DNA from: Heteronotia binoei
Taxonomy: Eukaryota
Direction of reading: 5' to 3'
NCBI RefSeq assembly: GCF_032191835.1
Contig: NC_083238.1
Span: forward strand, 11,346,001-11,410,000
Length of the DNA: 64,000 bases
The translations under genes and the position numbers were made by a program. The notes under the pieces were generated by a model. That model was given only the letters and a program-made list of their open reading frames with translations. It did not search any database and had not been told where the DNA came from. How positions within the stretch are numbered: the stretch's first letter is position 1; every line of letters begins with the position of its first letter. This document shows, in pieces, positions 1-12,644 of this stretch.

Positions 1-519
1 GTGGCTGTTAGTACTCACATACAGTCCCTTACAGTCTGGTAGACAAGACCCACGTTTTCCTGGCAGTTGTGTGTGAGTTGAGTCTCCAGGCACCCTGGCA
101 ACCAAACAGGTGACTACGATGTTCTGAAATTAGGGGTCTTTTACTCACAGCAGTCTCTCCCCCTTTCTTTTCTCCCATATACCTACCTTTTCTGTTCTCC
201 CCTCTCAGCACCTGCTTCATTGCTCCCCTTCCCCTGCTTGGTTTACTCCCATCCATTTTTTTACTTTTCCCAGTATCTTCCTCCACTTTTGCTTGATGAA
301 ACTAAAGCTTGAAAGGCTCAGCAATAGCTGTGGTTGCTTAGTAATCCGAAAAATGGCCACAGAGACCCCATAATGTACTTTTGTAAGGTACCAGTGGACA
401 GCCAGCTCTTATACCTATAGATACTGCTTCTATTATTCTGAGATTTTTGACAGCCAGTGTATTAGGACTTCCCTCAGGTTGTCCCTCAGGCCCAGCAACG
501 ACTATACTACTTAAGACTC

Positions 520-1015
520 TTGAGATCACTACAACTGTCAGGGAGTCTGCTGGTTGCCTTTTATCGTAGTTCCATTGAGAGCATTTTATCTTATTGCCTC
601 TGCGTGTGGTTTGGGAGCTGCACGGAAGCAGAGAGAAGGGTGCTCCAAAGAGTGACGAGAAGAGCACAAAAGATTTGCGGATGTTCTCTCCCCTCATTGG
701 TGGGTCTGTATAATATGGGATGTAAAAGGAAGATACAAATGATCCTAAGGGACCCTTCACATCTGGGCCATTTGCTATTTGAGATCTTACCGTCAGGTAG
801 ACGATATAGAGTGTTGAAGGCTAGGACAAACAGATTTAAGGACAGTTTCTATCCAAGTGCTGTGGTTAGGCTAAATGCAGGGTTATGAAGGATTATCTGT
901 TTTAGATATATTTAAATGGTTTAAATGGTTTTATGAATGTTTATCTGTTTTAGATGTATTTAAATGGTTTTAATGGTTTAAATGGTTTTAGATGTATTTA
1001 AATGGTATGAATATG
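520..1015 (+). mobile_element. Rex1/Babar-clade LINE, 5'-truncated 3' fragment
   Basis: ORF 520-888 (FYRSSIESILSYC...LQRV..RAQKICG.SLPS...DPSHLGH.LFE.LPSGRRYR...TNRFKDSFYPSAV) matches the Rex1 RT C-terminus; followed by an AT-rich (tttaaatggtt)-like reiterated tail at about 897-1010. Confidence 0.85.
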
Positions 1016-1681
1016 AATATGTGTGTTTGATGTGTTGGCATGTTTTGTGGAAGAGCACCTCATTTCGTTGCTCTCTTTTTGTTGAGAACAATGACAACAA
1101 ATTTATCTATCTATCTCCAGCCTCACTGCACAGATTTTTCGATCCATACTCTAGGGATCATACTCCAGTTAAACATTAAATATAATAATAGCCGTCTTTA
1201 GTTAAAACTGGGAATTAGTTTAACACATACATTGCAATTTCCACCCAGATTTTGCACCGTTTGAATTACTAAATTGTTTTCAAGAGCAAGCCAACATACA
1301 ACGGATTACAGTATACCAGCCTCAAGGTTAGTGTGGCATGGATAAGTGCGGCCAGTCTGGCTGAGTTTCCATAGATCCTCTGAACATTCACGCTCTATTC
1401 CTGGGCTTCCATTTTTAAAATAGTGGTAGACAACAAAGTAATCAAAAGGCCCCGCCCCTATTTCCTTAGTGGGTGTCTTCATCTAAGCCTTGAGCAAAGT
1501 CTTCTGAGGGCACCTCTCATCCAGCTGAATATGTAAACATTACATAGTAAGGAAGGTTTGGGTCAACTTAATCTAGTTTTGTTTGCTCTGTATTTGATTT
1601 ATATATATCGTTTGCATTCTTTATTTACAAAATAAAAAAAAAATTAAGTATTAAACGGAAAAGAAATGGAGGAGAGGTAGA

Positions 1682-1996
1682 ATTTATTTATTTAATTAAT
1701 TTTATATTCCACCCTCTCTGCGAACAGGCTCAGGGCAGATCACGGAATAGGTTCCCAAAACATATCAGATAAATACATTAATAAATAATTGAGCATACTT
1801 TAAAACGACGTGATTTAAAACAGGATGCAACTGATTGTTTATATGCATGTTTTTCAAAGCTGGCCCCAACGAGGTCTTCTTGGTCTGGGCTGCATGGAGA
1901 TAAGGAGCTTCAGCAAGGGAGGCTGGATTTTATTGGATGCTCACTCCCTCAGCCGAAGGCCTGGTGGAACAGTTCTGTTTTACAAGCCCTGCAGAA
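1682..1996 (-). mobile_element. L2 LINE 3' remnant
   Basis: Reverse of the L2 tail (ccaccctctctgcgaacaggctcagggc plus a tttatttat run); the minus strand reads FCRACKTELFHQA near 1960-1996. Confidence 0.7.
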
Positions 1997-1998
1997 TG

Positions 1999-2350
1999 GA
2001 GAGCCAGTTTGGTGTAGTGGTTAAGTGTGCAGACTCTTATCTGGGAGAACCGGGTTTGATTCCCCACTCCTCCACTTGCACCTACTGGAATGGCCTTGGG
2101 TTAGCCATAGCTCTGGCAGAGGTTGTCCTTAAGAGGGCAGCTGCTCTGAGACCCCTCTCCAGCCCAACCCACCTCACAGGGTGTCTGTTGTGGGGGAGGA
2201 AGGTAAAAGAGATTGTGAGCCGCTCTGAGACTCTTCGGAGTGGAGGGCGGGATATAAATCCAATATCTTCATCTACCTCACAGGGTGCCTGTTGTGGGGG
2301 AGGAAGGGAAAGGAGATTGTGAGCCGCTCTGAGACTCTTCGGAGTGGAGG
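1999..2350 (+). mobile_element. tRNA-derived SINE with MIR/CORE-like body and L2-type tail (family A); duplicated 3' unit runs into a gap
   Basis: Head gagagccagtttggtgtagtggttaag...gggtttgattccc (A/B boxes). Tail gtgagccgctctgagactcttcggagtggagggcgggatataaat resembles the L2 tail at about 5740-5783. Confidence 0.9.
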
Positions 2351-2510
2351 NNNNNNNNNNNNNNNNNNNNNNNNNNNNNNNNNNNNNNNNNNNNNNNNNN
2401 NNNNNNNNNNNNNNNNNNNNNNNNNNNNNNNNNNNNNNNNNNNNNNNNNNNNNNNNNNNNNNNNNNNNNNNNNNNNNNNNNNNNNNNNNNNNNNNNNNNN
2501 NNNNNNNNNN
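2351..2510. other. Assembly gap (160 N)
   Basis: Run of n. Confidence 1.
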
Positions 2511-2850
2511 GGGTCCTGATCTCAAGTGAGATCATGTTCCACTAAGCTGGGGCCAGGGCAGAGAAAGCCCTGGCCCTGGTCAAGGCTAAGTGGACATCCC
2601 TTGGGCTTGGAACAAGAAGCAGATCTTGGTCAGCAAAGGGCAAAGCCCTCAAGGACACATATGGGGAGAGGTGGTCCCTTAGATATGTCAATCCCTGGCC
2701 ATGCAAGGCTTGAAAGGTCAATACCAGTACCTTTAAGTGGATCCAGTATTCAATCGATAGCCAGTGTAATTGGCGTAGGGCTGGCTGAATGATTGTGTGG
2801 CTGCACAGGTACACAGAATAATCCTGAAACAATCATCGGCTGCATAGGAA
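2511..2850 (-). mobile_element. L2 LINE ORF2 C-terminal fragment
   Basis: ORF 2542-2832: LRQLHWLSIEYWIHLKVLVLTFQALHG.G..YLRDHLSPY, the typical L2 C-terminus. Confidence 0.85.
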
Positions 2851-3943
2851 GACATATGTGTGAATTTGTAGAGTTTAAATATGCTGATGGCCAGTCAGTC
2901 TAGTCCTGGGATTTCCACGTGATGGTCCTTTCGGCCAAAGGTTCTATTTCATATATAAATAAGGTAGTATATTCCACTTTTTTAGGAGTGGTCTGTACCA
3001 TTTCAGAGATGGCCCTTCTGATTTGGGTCTTAAAATATCCTCTAGACATTGTCACTAGAACCTCAGATTTAATTATTTTGCTTCTTGATTAGGGTGAGTT
3101 TTCGAACGCTCGAAGAGCTGAGCGTTTTTGTAAAAGATGCCAATGAATGATTTCAACTGACTGTACAAAACATCTTCGTGTAGCCTTAACACAGATAGCA
3201 ATGATCTGTCCTGAGGCATTATTTTCCTTGTTAACAAGTTTGGCAGCTTGCCAGCCCCTGATTCCCCCCCCCTCCCTTTATACTTTATTATTAATTTGAT
3301 ACCATTGCTGAGCAAATAGTTCACAGCATTTAACCAAATGACTATTTCCCACCATCTTGCATTTGATATTTCTGTCAATCAACGTTTTGCTCACTATGCT
3401 TGTGAGCTTCATTTGTTTATTTGTTTGGTACCGACTTGGGAGAGTATTTTCAGTTTTAAGTTTTTCATTTCAAAATACTTTCTAGCAGTGACTGCATGCA
3501 TCATGCGCTATTCTTCTGGGTCCTGACTGGACAGTGTTTCTTTAATAAGCTGGAAAGGAGAATGTGAAATTAAAAAGTGACAAAGGACACGAACCATTTA
3601 AAGAATGGTAGTTGCTGGGGGGGGGGCGGGACAAAGAATAGAGTGGGGATATGGGCTTAGGAATAGAAAATGGAAAATTATTTCCATTTTGGGTGGCAAG
3701 GTTTTCCCCAAAGCGTTACAGCTGTCAACTAGGCTTCTGTAATCAATAATACTTCTCAACTAACTATACAGTTTAAATTAAATTTTCTCCAGTAACATTC
3801 AGAGTAATTACCTTGCTCCCTGTCTGAATGCAGTTGTACAGAGGGTAACAGAATTCCTTCCCAGATACTCCCTGTCCCTCTGCCATTTTTTTTTTAAATT
3901 TCTACTTGCCTTGTAATAGCTGACTTATGGTGAACCCACAGAG

Positions 3944-4234
3944 CAAGGGGTGGCCAAACCTGCCTTAATGTAAGAGCCACATAGAATAAACATCAGGTGC
4001 TTGAGAGCTGCAAGACATGAACACCAGATGTCTGAAAGCCACAAGACAGGAAGGCAGGCAAATAGATGGGAGGGAGGGAGGGAGAGCTAGAAAGAATGCA
4101 ACTTTAACTTTAAATGCATTCTCCAAGCTGCCAGCTGGCTCGGCTTGGAGAAGTGATTTCAAGAGAGAAATGTCTTTTCCAAGTCAACCAACGGGGTGGT
4201 GGAGGCTTCAAGAGCCACAGTTTGACCACTCCTG
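3944..4234 (+). mobile_element. hAT-type MITE
   Basis: Imperfect TIRs caaggggtggccaaac / agtttgaccactcctg; same family as 27347-27727 in the opposite orientation. Confidence 0.75.
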
Positions 4235-4286
4235 CCATATTCAAGACAAGAGATGCTTAGAGGTGGTTTACCATTGCCTCCCTCCA

Positions 4287-4637
4287 CATGAACATATGAA
4301 GCTGCCTTATACTGAATCAGACCCTCGGTCCATCAAAGTCAGTATTGTCTACTCAGACTGGCAGCGGCTCTCCAGGGTCTCAAGCTGAGGTTTTTTCACA
4401 CCCATTTGCCTGGACCCTTTTTTGGAGATGCCGGGGATTGAACCTGGGACCTTCTGCTTCCCAAGCAGATGCTCTACCACTGAGCCACAGCCCCATTCAT
4501 GGCTCTCCAGGGTCTCAAGCTGAGGTTTTTCATGCCTACCATATTTGCCTGGACCCTTTTTTGGAGATGCCAGGGATTGAACCCGGGACCTTCTGCTTCC
4601 CAAGCAGATGCTCTGCCACTGAGCCACCGTCCCTCCC
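4287..4637 (-). mobile_element. Dimeric tRNA-derived SINE (family B, Squam3-like)
   Basis: Two tandem heads (ggctcagtggtagagcatctgcttgggaagcagaaggtcccaggttcaatccc) and one tail (cagtataaggcagcttcatatgttcatg). Confidence 0.85.
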
Positions 4638-4956
4638 CATCCTGACCCTGGTATCCCTTGGAGGTCTCCCATCCAAATATTAGCCAGGGCTGACCCTGCT
4701 TAGCTTCTGAGATATGACAAGATCAGAGTAGCCTGGACTATGCAGGTCAGGGCCTCCATTATATAGCTGTTTTTTTATGTCAAGGGTTGAAGGTAGAAAC
4801 CCATTGCATTTTCATGATATAAGATCAAAGCTATAGAAGGAACATTAATCTTCGAAAACCAAGGTTTGTTTTAGTATCTCACGTTCTTGAGTTGAAATGT
4901 GTACAACTTGCTTGTGAAAAGCAAGAAGCAATAACGGTATACCAGTTTTTGACGGT

Positions 4957-5799
4957 TTGCCGCTGAAAGCGGCGCATCGAGTCAGGAGCTTGGGAGTGCT
5001 ACTGGAGCCTTCACTATCAGTGGAGGCCCAGATAGCAGCCACTGCCAAGTCGGTGTTTTTTCATCTGAAGCGGGCAAGGCAGTTGGCTCCCTTCCTAAAG
5101 CGTCGGGACCTAGCAACAGTGATCCATGCAACGGTCACCGCAAGATTGGATTACTGTAATGCCCTCTACATGGGTCTGCCTCTGTGCCAAACCCGGAAGC
5201 TGCAGCTGGTGCAGAACGCGGCGGCTAGGCTGTTATTAGGGCTCCCGAAATGGGAGCACATACAGCTGGGGCTGCGCAGACAGCACTGGCTGCCAGTTGT
5301 ATACCGGGTCCGTTACAAAGTGCTGGTTATTACCTTTAAAGCCCTATATGGTCGAGGACCTGCCTACCTGAAGGACCGTCTCTCCCCATATGAACCCCAG
5401 AGAGCACTGAGGTCAGCTGGGGAGAACCAGCTGACTATCCCCAGGCCGAAGGAGGCAAAATTAAAGAATACCCGTACACGGGCCTTTTCCATTGCAGCTC
5501 CACATGGCCACACCTATGGAACCAGCTCCTGGAAGAAGTGCGGGCCCTGCGGAGCCTTGAACAGTTTTAGGATGGCCTTTACCTGACTGAACGACTGATG
5601 ATTCGCCTTAAGTGATTACACCATAATATTTACACCTAATAGAGTAGCACCAGGAATGTTAATTTTAATTGGAATGTTTTTAAGTGAATGTGATTTTAAA
5701 ACCTGTTGTATAATTTATTGTATGGATTGAGATGTTGTTAGCCGCCCTGAGCCTGCTTCGGCGGGGAGGGCGGGATATAAATAAAATGTTATTATTATT
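4957..5799 (+). mobile_element. L2 LINE 3' fragment
   Basis: ORF 4957-5586 (HATVTARLDYCNALYMGLP, KLQLVQNAAARLL, HWLPV) plus tail gccgccctgagcctgcttcggcggggagggcgggatataaataaa. Confidence 0.93.
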
Positions 5800-7134
5800 C
5801 CAAAATCAATAAGGTAGAAAGCTAGGGCTCTCTAGAAGCAGAAGACAGCGCCTAACAGAAGTGCCTCATTTCTCAGCCATTTCCCCATTTACATGTTTAT
5901 TCTTGCTCATCAGGCAGGATATATACCGTTATGAAATCTAGATTTGGAAATGTCATTAGATCCTATTTAGGGAGGCCAACAGAGTGAAAGGAATCACACA
6001 AGAAAAGGTCCCTGGTATCAATACACCGATATGTACCAAAATTAGAAATGGAGCAAGTCATCCTAATGTTAGAATCTAGAATCAGAAAGGTGCTTGCAGA
6101 AGAATGAGGAATCTCTTCTATTCCGGGACACTCATTCCAACATCCTTTACAAAGAGTAGTAAACAGGATCTATTCAACTTTTTTTTTTATTATTTTGATC
6201 ACCATTTCCCTGCCTAATTTGCAAAGTGTTGAACTTGTTTGTGCTTTGAAAAGGTCATTGTACCACCTTGCCAACTCTTATTACATCATCTTCCAGTCTG
6301 GTCACACAGTTGAATTTGTGGTATCACATTAAATCTCACTACGGCAAACTGTGATATCATTAAGGGCTGAGATGTTCCTATTTTCTGAAGCAGAAGGTAT
6401 AGCTGAGGTGTCTAAAGAGAAGATTCCTCTTCACACATATATTATCAGAAAGACAGTTGTGTGTAGAAGCACAGCAAATGATTGACCAGTTAGTTACACT
6501 TCTGTAGCATAGGTATTTTGTTTTTGTTTTTGAACTTTATAGTCAGTGTGAATTCTCCTGTCATGATAGTTTCACTTGCTGAAATGTCAGTGCGGTCTCA
6601 GCTATATATTTATTTATTTGGCTCTTCAAGGTTAAGGATATGAATGCCTGGGTATATTTATTGAAAGGTTAGAAAGTACACTCAACTGTTGACTAGTGTA
6701 GAATTTATTTTAGGAGCAAACATAAACACGAAGAAACCATAATCTTGGTGTAATGTAGGAATCTAATTAAGACTAATGAGGCAACATTAAATTTAATGTA
6801 TGATACATTTTATAAGCCTTACCATTAGAGCTGCAGCAAGCTGTTCAACTAAGCAGCAAACTTTACAGAATAAGCCCCTAAAGACATTCTTAAACAACCT
6901 AGGCTCAGTCCTCTGTTTGGCCCTGGTGTTATATGTGTCAGGTATACTGCAGTCGAAGTACGAATGAGAATGGGGAATTGCGTGAAACTCTGTAATCATG
7001 CTTAATGGTCTCTAAGGTCCAATTTAAGTATTACTCAAAAGGCATGGTTGCTGCTTCCCCATGAACAGATACTATAACAGGTCATATGAGATGGTTTGAT
7101 GGAGAAAGTTCCCAAACTAATGTCATACCTTAAA

Positions 7135-7290
7135 TTATGAGAAAAACTCTGCTGGATCAGACCAACAGTCCATTCAGCCCAGCCTCTTGTTTCCCACTAT
7201 TGCCAATCAAGATGCCTTTGTTGTTATCCTTCTCAACAACGGGTATTCGGAGGTACATTGTCTCTCTGGAGATGATAGTATCAACATGAG
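7135..7290 (-). mobile_element. Old CR1 3' remnant
   Basis: gaaaaactctgctggatcagaccaacagtccattcagccc resembles the reversed CR1 3' end at 49712-49950. Confidence 0.55.
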
Positions 7291-7714
7291 AACTTCCACA
7301 TGAACTGGTCATCTCACATGGTTCCACTATCTGCGCATTGCTGTGACAGAAATCATACTTCTCATGTAATAAATGACACAGCTATCCATTGATTAATATA
7401 ATTAATAAATATTGTGCATGTGAAGAACAACAGGAACAAAATAAATAGGTTCCCGTTTCCATCCAAAATGTTTTCCTTTGTATTGTGAAGTGATATATAC
7501 CTTCACTAATGTAAACTACTTGTAGTGACAGGGTAATTGTACATACTATTGGCTAGTCTTTTACCATACCTGAATGTATGTGGTACTCCTGAGATACTGA
7601 CATATTCTGCAAGCCTTCTTATCTACAATTAGGAGGGTTTTCCTAAGTTCAGTTATTGTGTGCTTGTTATTTGTCGTCGTGTGTTTCTTGTGGAGAGAAC
7701 AGCGGTTTATGTGA

Positions 7715-8158
7715 AATACTGAGGGACCGTCTCTCCCCACACGTTCCCCAGAGAGTACTGAGGTCTGGGACTCAAAATCTGCTCACCATCCCCGAGCCTA
7801 AGGAAGTGCGTCTCAAGGCAACTAGAGACAGGGCCTTTTCTACAATGGCCCCTATGTGGTGGAACCAGCTACTGGAAGAGGTGAGGGCCCTGCGGGATCT
7901 TGCTCAGTTCCGCAGGGCCTGTAAGACAACCCTCTTCCGGTTAGCCTATGCCTGATTAGATAAATGTAGCTGCCAGATTTCTGTGATTATACTGTATAGT
8001 TCTAATGTTAAATATTTTAAGGTTTTTTAGGTTTTAAATGTCTGATTTTAAATGTAATAACTTTGTTCTGATTTTATTGTTTTATTGTTTGTTGTAAGCC
8101 GCCCTGAGCCACTTGTGGGAAGGGTGGGATATAAGTTACCAAATAAATAAATAAAATA
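7715..8158 (+). mobile_element. L2 LINE 3' fragment
   Basis: LRDRLSPHVPQRVLRS...RAFS..APMWWNQL.EEVRAL...FRRACKT.LF, then tail taagccgccctgagcc...aaataaataaa. Confidence 0.9.
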
Positions 8159-9191
8159 ATCTATTTGCACTCTTGGAGACAATTATATCTCCGCAAAAGC
8201 TCTAGTGGGTGCAAGAAAAGATAGAACTAAGCACATGCTTAAATATTTTGCGATGAAATAATTGGGATATTAGTGCTTCATTCTGGCTAGATCATGTTAT
8301 TTATTTATTTATTTATATTTATAACCCAAAACATGGCTTGGCATGAATAACAATATAAGTAATAAAATACATAATTTTATATAAATGCTCAGTGTGTGTG
8401 TGTGTGTGTATACTCATTGCTGAACCTGGACTGCAAACCATTATGCAGTACTCATCTGTGTCCTGTACCAATTCTGCAGTCATTGTTGCCCCACCCCAAG
8501 GCCTCTGCTTTCATCGGATCAAGCAATCGATTTTTCACTAGTTTCTGCACGGGCACGTTTTGCCCCTCAGCTCCCTCCAATTTCCCTTGCACCTTCCCAG
8601 TCTCTAAAAAAACAAGATTTGGAAGGCATGGGGAAAACTGGAGGGAGTCGCAGGTCAAAATGCACCTGTACAGCAACTGGTGGGGAATTAATTGATAGCT
8701 TGATCTGATGAAAGCAGAAGCCCAGTGGTAGAGCAACAGCAGCTGAGGAATCGGTCCTGATTGCATCTTTCCTTTATAAGCTAGAAGGAGGACCATCAGG
8801 TCTCTTATGTTATTCGTTCAGTGAGTCTCCAGAGAAAAGAAACCCCACCATTTATGAAGCAGCCTTTCAGAATGCCACATTTTTCAACTTGCAGGGTAGA
8901 CTTGATGTACAGATGGGTTAATCAAGAAGGTGTTCTGAGCTGGATCTTTAAGAATCATTACCTTAGAATCAGCCTCTTAGAATTCAAATCTTTTAGAACT
9001 TTATTGATAACAATCAGAACTCATGCTGCTGTCGATGATGGTGCACAATATTAGCCTGCAAACCATTCTTGTTAAGATGTGGGACACCATATTTGCAGGC
9101 CATGGGAAGGGGCCTTGAACTATGTTGTGGCCTGGTCTTTGAAAGGACTAAAAGGCAATTGGCCAGCAAGCCAACAGAAGGACCACCTTCA

Positions 9192-9445
9192 CTTTGGTGT
9201 AGTGGTTAAGTGTGTGGACTCTTATCCGGGAGAACTGAGTTTGATTCCCCACTCCTCCACTTGCAACTGCTGGAATGGCCTTGGGTCAGCCATAGCTCTG
9301 GCAGTGGTCCTTGAAAGGGCAGCTGCTTATTAGAGTCCTCTCAGCTTCACCCACCTCATAGGGTGTCTGTTGTGGGGGAGGAAGATAAAGGAGATTGTGA
9401 GCCTCTCAGAGACTCTGAGATTTGGAGTGGAGGGCGGGATATAAA
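9192..9445 (+). mobile_element. SINE family A (single tail unit)
   Basis: tttggtgtagtggttaag head; ggagtggagggcgggatataaatccaatatcttcttc tail. Confidence 0.88.
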
Positions 9446-10582
9446 TCCAATATCTTCTTCTTCCTTTTTCTGTTAGCTGTGCTGTGGTTGGATGCTAATG
9501 GATGTTCATCATGATGTAATAAAATTATTTCACAGTCCCATAAGAAATTCTAGGCTTTGATCCATCTTCATGAGAACAGTTGTGCATGTGTGAGAGAGGA
9601 TGGTCACAGGACTTTGACCTCAGTTGCTTCTCTGTTCCATGGGCATTAAATTAACCCTGATATTTTATCATTACACATGTGTCCTTTCGCCTAGATTCAG
9701 TCCGTCATCCCTCTCTTCCCCCAAGGTCCCAGCCTGAAAGATATCTATACATCCCTATTGAGTGTAGTGTGATGATCTGCTGCTGTGCCCAAAGGGCAAC
9801 AAATTGTCTTTACTTTGAACAATAAAAAATTGTAAGTTTAACCATATGAGAAAGACATTTTCACTTCCACATAATCTATGGAAGCTCTTTCGAGATTCCT
9901 TTGGTAGAATGGTGCATATTTTTTTAATTAAGCACAGAAATATATTGCCACTTATGATCGTTCCTTGGTAACTCCTTCCTTTCCAAGGCATGCTGGACTT
10001 ATAATTCCCACAGATAGAAGCAGATTTTAGTGCAGCTGATTCTGGCCACAGTTAATGACTGATCTAATAGCCTATGCCAGTGTCAGAAACACTAAAATTA
10101 TTCCTGTTCTGAGTTTTCCCTTTATAGGCCACCCCCTTAAATACCAAGAAACATTTATGATCTGTGCGGACTGTGAGATACTGGGCAATTTTGGCTTTGC
10201 TAGTGGAATGGATTTTCCATGGGGAACATATACTATGTTCATGTAATCTTTATTACTCTGTGGCTGATTTCTTCAACCCAAACCAGTTTGATCCAATTTG
10301 GAAGCACAGCACATTCATAAAAGGAACCCTGCTCAAAAACACTTGAAAGTTTTGTTTGATTTGATTTTCCTCTCTAAATCTAACCTTTCTTATTCTTCCT
10401 CATTATCCTCTCCCAATAGTATATGTGAGCATGTTAAGCACGTTCCCCAACAGTACATTAAGGGTTTTGAACTGTTAGTCACTTGGAGGCAACATGAGGG
10501 GACAACACTGTATTTTATAGTAAAATGGGTGGGTCACTTATTGGTAATGAAAACAGCAAAACCAGTTCACCCACATGGCAAG

Positions 10583-10795
10583 GGCTGAGGCTTAGAAGAG
10601 CCTCTGCTTTCCATGAAGAAAGTCCCAGGTTCAATCCCTGGCATCTCCAGTTAAAAAGACCAGGCAGTAGGTGATGTGAAAGACCTCTGCTTGAGACCCT
10701 GGGCAGCACTGCCAGTCTGAGTAGACAATACTGATTTTGATGGACTGAGGGTCTGATTCAATATAAGGAAGCTTCTTCATGTGTTTATGTATCAC
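10583..10795 (+). mobile_element. SINE family B, older copy
   Basis: B box ggttcaatccc; body gagaccctgggcagcactgccagtctgagtagacaatactga. Confidence 0.8.
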
Positions 10796-11456
10796 ATATG
10801 ATGCAGAGATCTCTCCCCAGGTATGCAAAAAAAAAAAAAAAGTAAGCTGACTTTAGAAAAGGATAAGGAAAAGCATGGACAAGACAATTCAGGTCAATGG
10901 TTACAGTAGTGCATTATTTAACAATGCCACGGGTGCCATTCTGGTGCTCATATTCTGCTTGCAAATTAGCAAAAGAGTATCATAAACTTCTTATCTCAGT
11001 CCCTGAATTAACACAACAAACTTAGTTCTGGTTTTAAAAGTAGCACCCCATCCACAACTGGAATAATTCTGCATGATACGAGTGAAATAAAAATAAAAAT
11101 AAACCCACTTGGTGACCCTCCTCACATTTTAAATAGGTAAATGTTCCTCTGGAATAAGCTGTCCTTGCTGTCTTCATCTTTCATATCTCACTTTTAAAAA
11201 CAAATCTGCCACAAAGGCACTTCGGAGTATTTTTATGTCACTCCAAAGTTAAAAGATATCTGACTTCAAGGGGGATACTGCCCAGCTTCCCAAAAATTAA
11301 TAGAATTAGTCATACAAACTATTTTTAGCAAAAGTTCAACTTTATCCATGTATTTTAATGTGGGAAAAATGTGTCCTTTTCCCTCAGCTAATGTTTGATG
11401 CTTTCCAGCCCTCCTGTGAGTGTGTTTGAGTATCTTAGGGGGCTCTGGAGTGGAGG

Positions 11457-11596
11457 NNNNNNNNNNNNNNNNNNNNNNNNNNNNNNNNNNNNNNNNNNNN
11501 NNNNNNNNNNNNNNNNNNNNNNNNNNNNNNNNNNNNNNNNNNNNNNNNNNNNNNNNNNNNNNNNNNNNNNNNNNNNNNNNNNNNNNNNNNNNNNNN
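11457..11596. other. Assembly gap (140 N)
   Basis: Run of n, preceded by ggagtggagg (family A tail motif). Confidence 1.
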
Positions 11597-11994
11597 CTTT
11601 AGGAGTCCCGAGTTTGACATTATGTCAAACAAATGTGAAATATTGTTTATTAAATTTGAATAATACAGGGAAAGGGGAAAATGGGCCTTGGCTTATCGTG
11701 CTAAGGTTCTTTATTAAGTCTGTAAAGGACTTCCTAGCTCTAATAAATTGAATTATATTGATAAATATACATGCATGTGAACATCAAGGTTTGAATTGCA
11801 ATTGAATATTGCAATACCCACATGTGTTCTCATGTTCCCATGAAGTTAGGAAAATGCATGAAAAAGAATCCTTTCTAGTTACTATTTTTTTACCACACAG
11901 GCTTGCAATTGAAGTTAAAACAATGAAAGTAGAAAACTAGCAGGGAGGTGGGGGCCTTCATGTGTTTTGCATTAAATGCAACATGTATATTAAT

Positions 11995-12195
11995 GGAAGG
12001 GCTGTGGCTCACTGGTAGAGCATCTGCTTGGCATGCAGAAGGTCCCAGGTTCAATTTAGCAGAGTTCAAAGGACTAGGCTATAGCTGAAGTGAAAGACCT
12101 CTGCCTGAGACCCTGGGCAGCTGTTGCCAGTCTGAGTAAACAATAATGATTCTGATGGTTTTATTCAGTATAAGACAGCTACATGTGTTCATATG
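11995..12195 (+). mobile_element. SINE family B, older copy
   Basis: gggctgtggctcactggtagagcatctgcttggcatgcagaaggtcccaggttcaa head and family B tail. Confidence 0.8.
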
Positions 12196-12644
12196 ATTAT
12201 TTGTCTGCTTGCCTGAAGTCATGGGTGTGCCCCTAATGGAATGAATGCCCTTCTCTCAGGGATGGGGCCAGCTCCTTGAAGCCAAGGTGGCAGATCTGGA
12301 AAAAGGTGAAACAGGCAGAGACGTTTGTGGGCAAGACCTTTAGGAATTTGGTAGAAAGATCCAACTGCTGTGGTTATAGCACTTGTGCTGGTATAGAGAA
12401 TGATTATTTCAACGATTGCAGGGTAGGGGGTGCATCCTAAAAGTGGGTGATCGTATGACTAATAATATAGCAGGGTTTGTAATGGATCTAATGACTACAA
12501 ATGACTTGTCTTCCTGGTATGAAGTTCATGAATGTTGTGTCCCATACAGTGAGGGGGAAAGTCAGTGATTGTGGTGCGTATTGATACTAATAGCATTGGG
12601 GAGTGTAGACAGGGGACCCTGAAGGCTAAATGTAGACTTCTTCC

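Larger units (their letters stand above)
3905..4753 (-). mobile_element. 5S rRNA-derived SINE with RTE/Sauria-like tail, split by two nested insertions
   Basis: Head 4641-4753 on minus reads gatcttgtcatatctcagaagctaagcagggtcagccctggctaatatttggatgggagacc (5S-like). Tail pieces at about 3915-3943 and 4235-4286 (gaggtggtttaccattgcc). Confidence 0.75.

Noticed and set aside
2082-2535. ORFs containing X runs (also 11395-11751 and 40054-40513)
   Set aside because: Artefacts of translating through N gaps.
4641-4753. 5S rRNA gene
   Set aside because: Diverged, lacks the canonical 5S ends, and is fused to a SINE body; not in a tandem 5S array.
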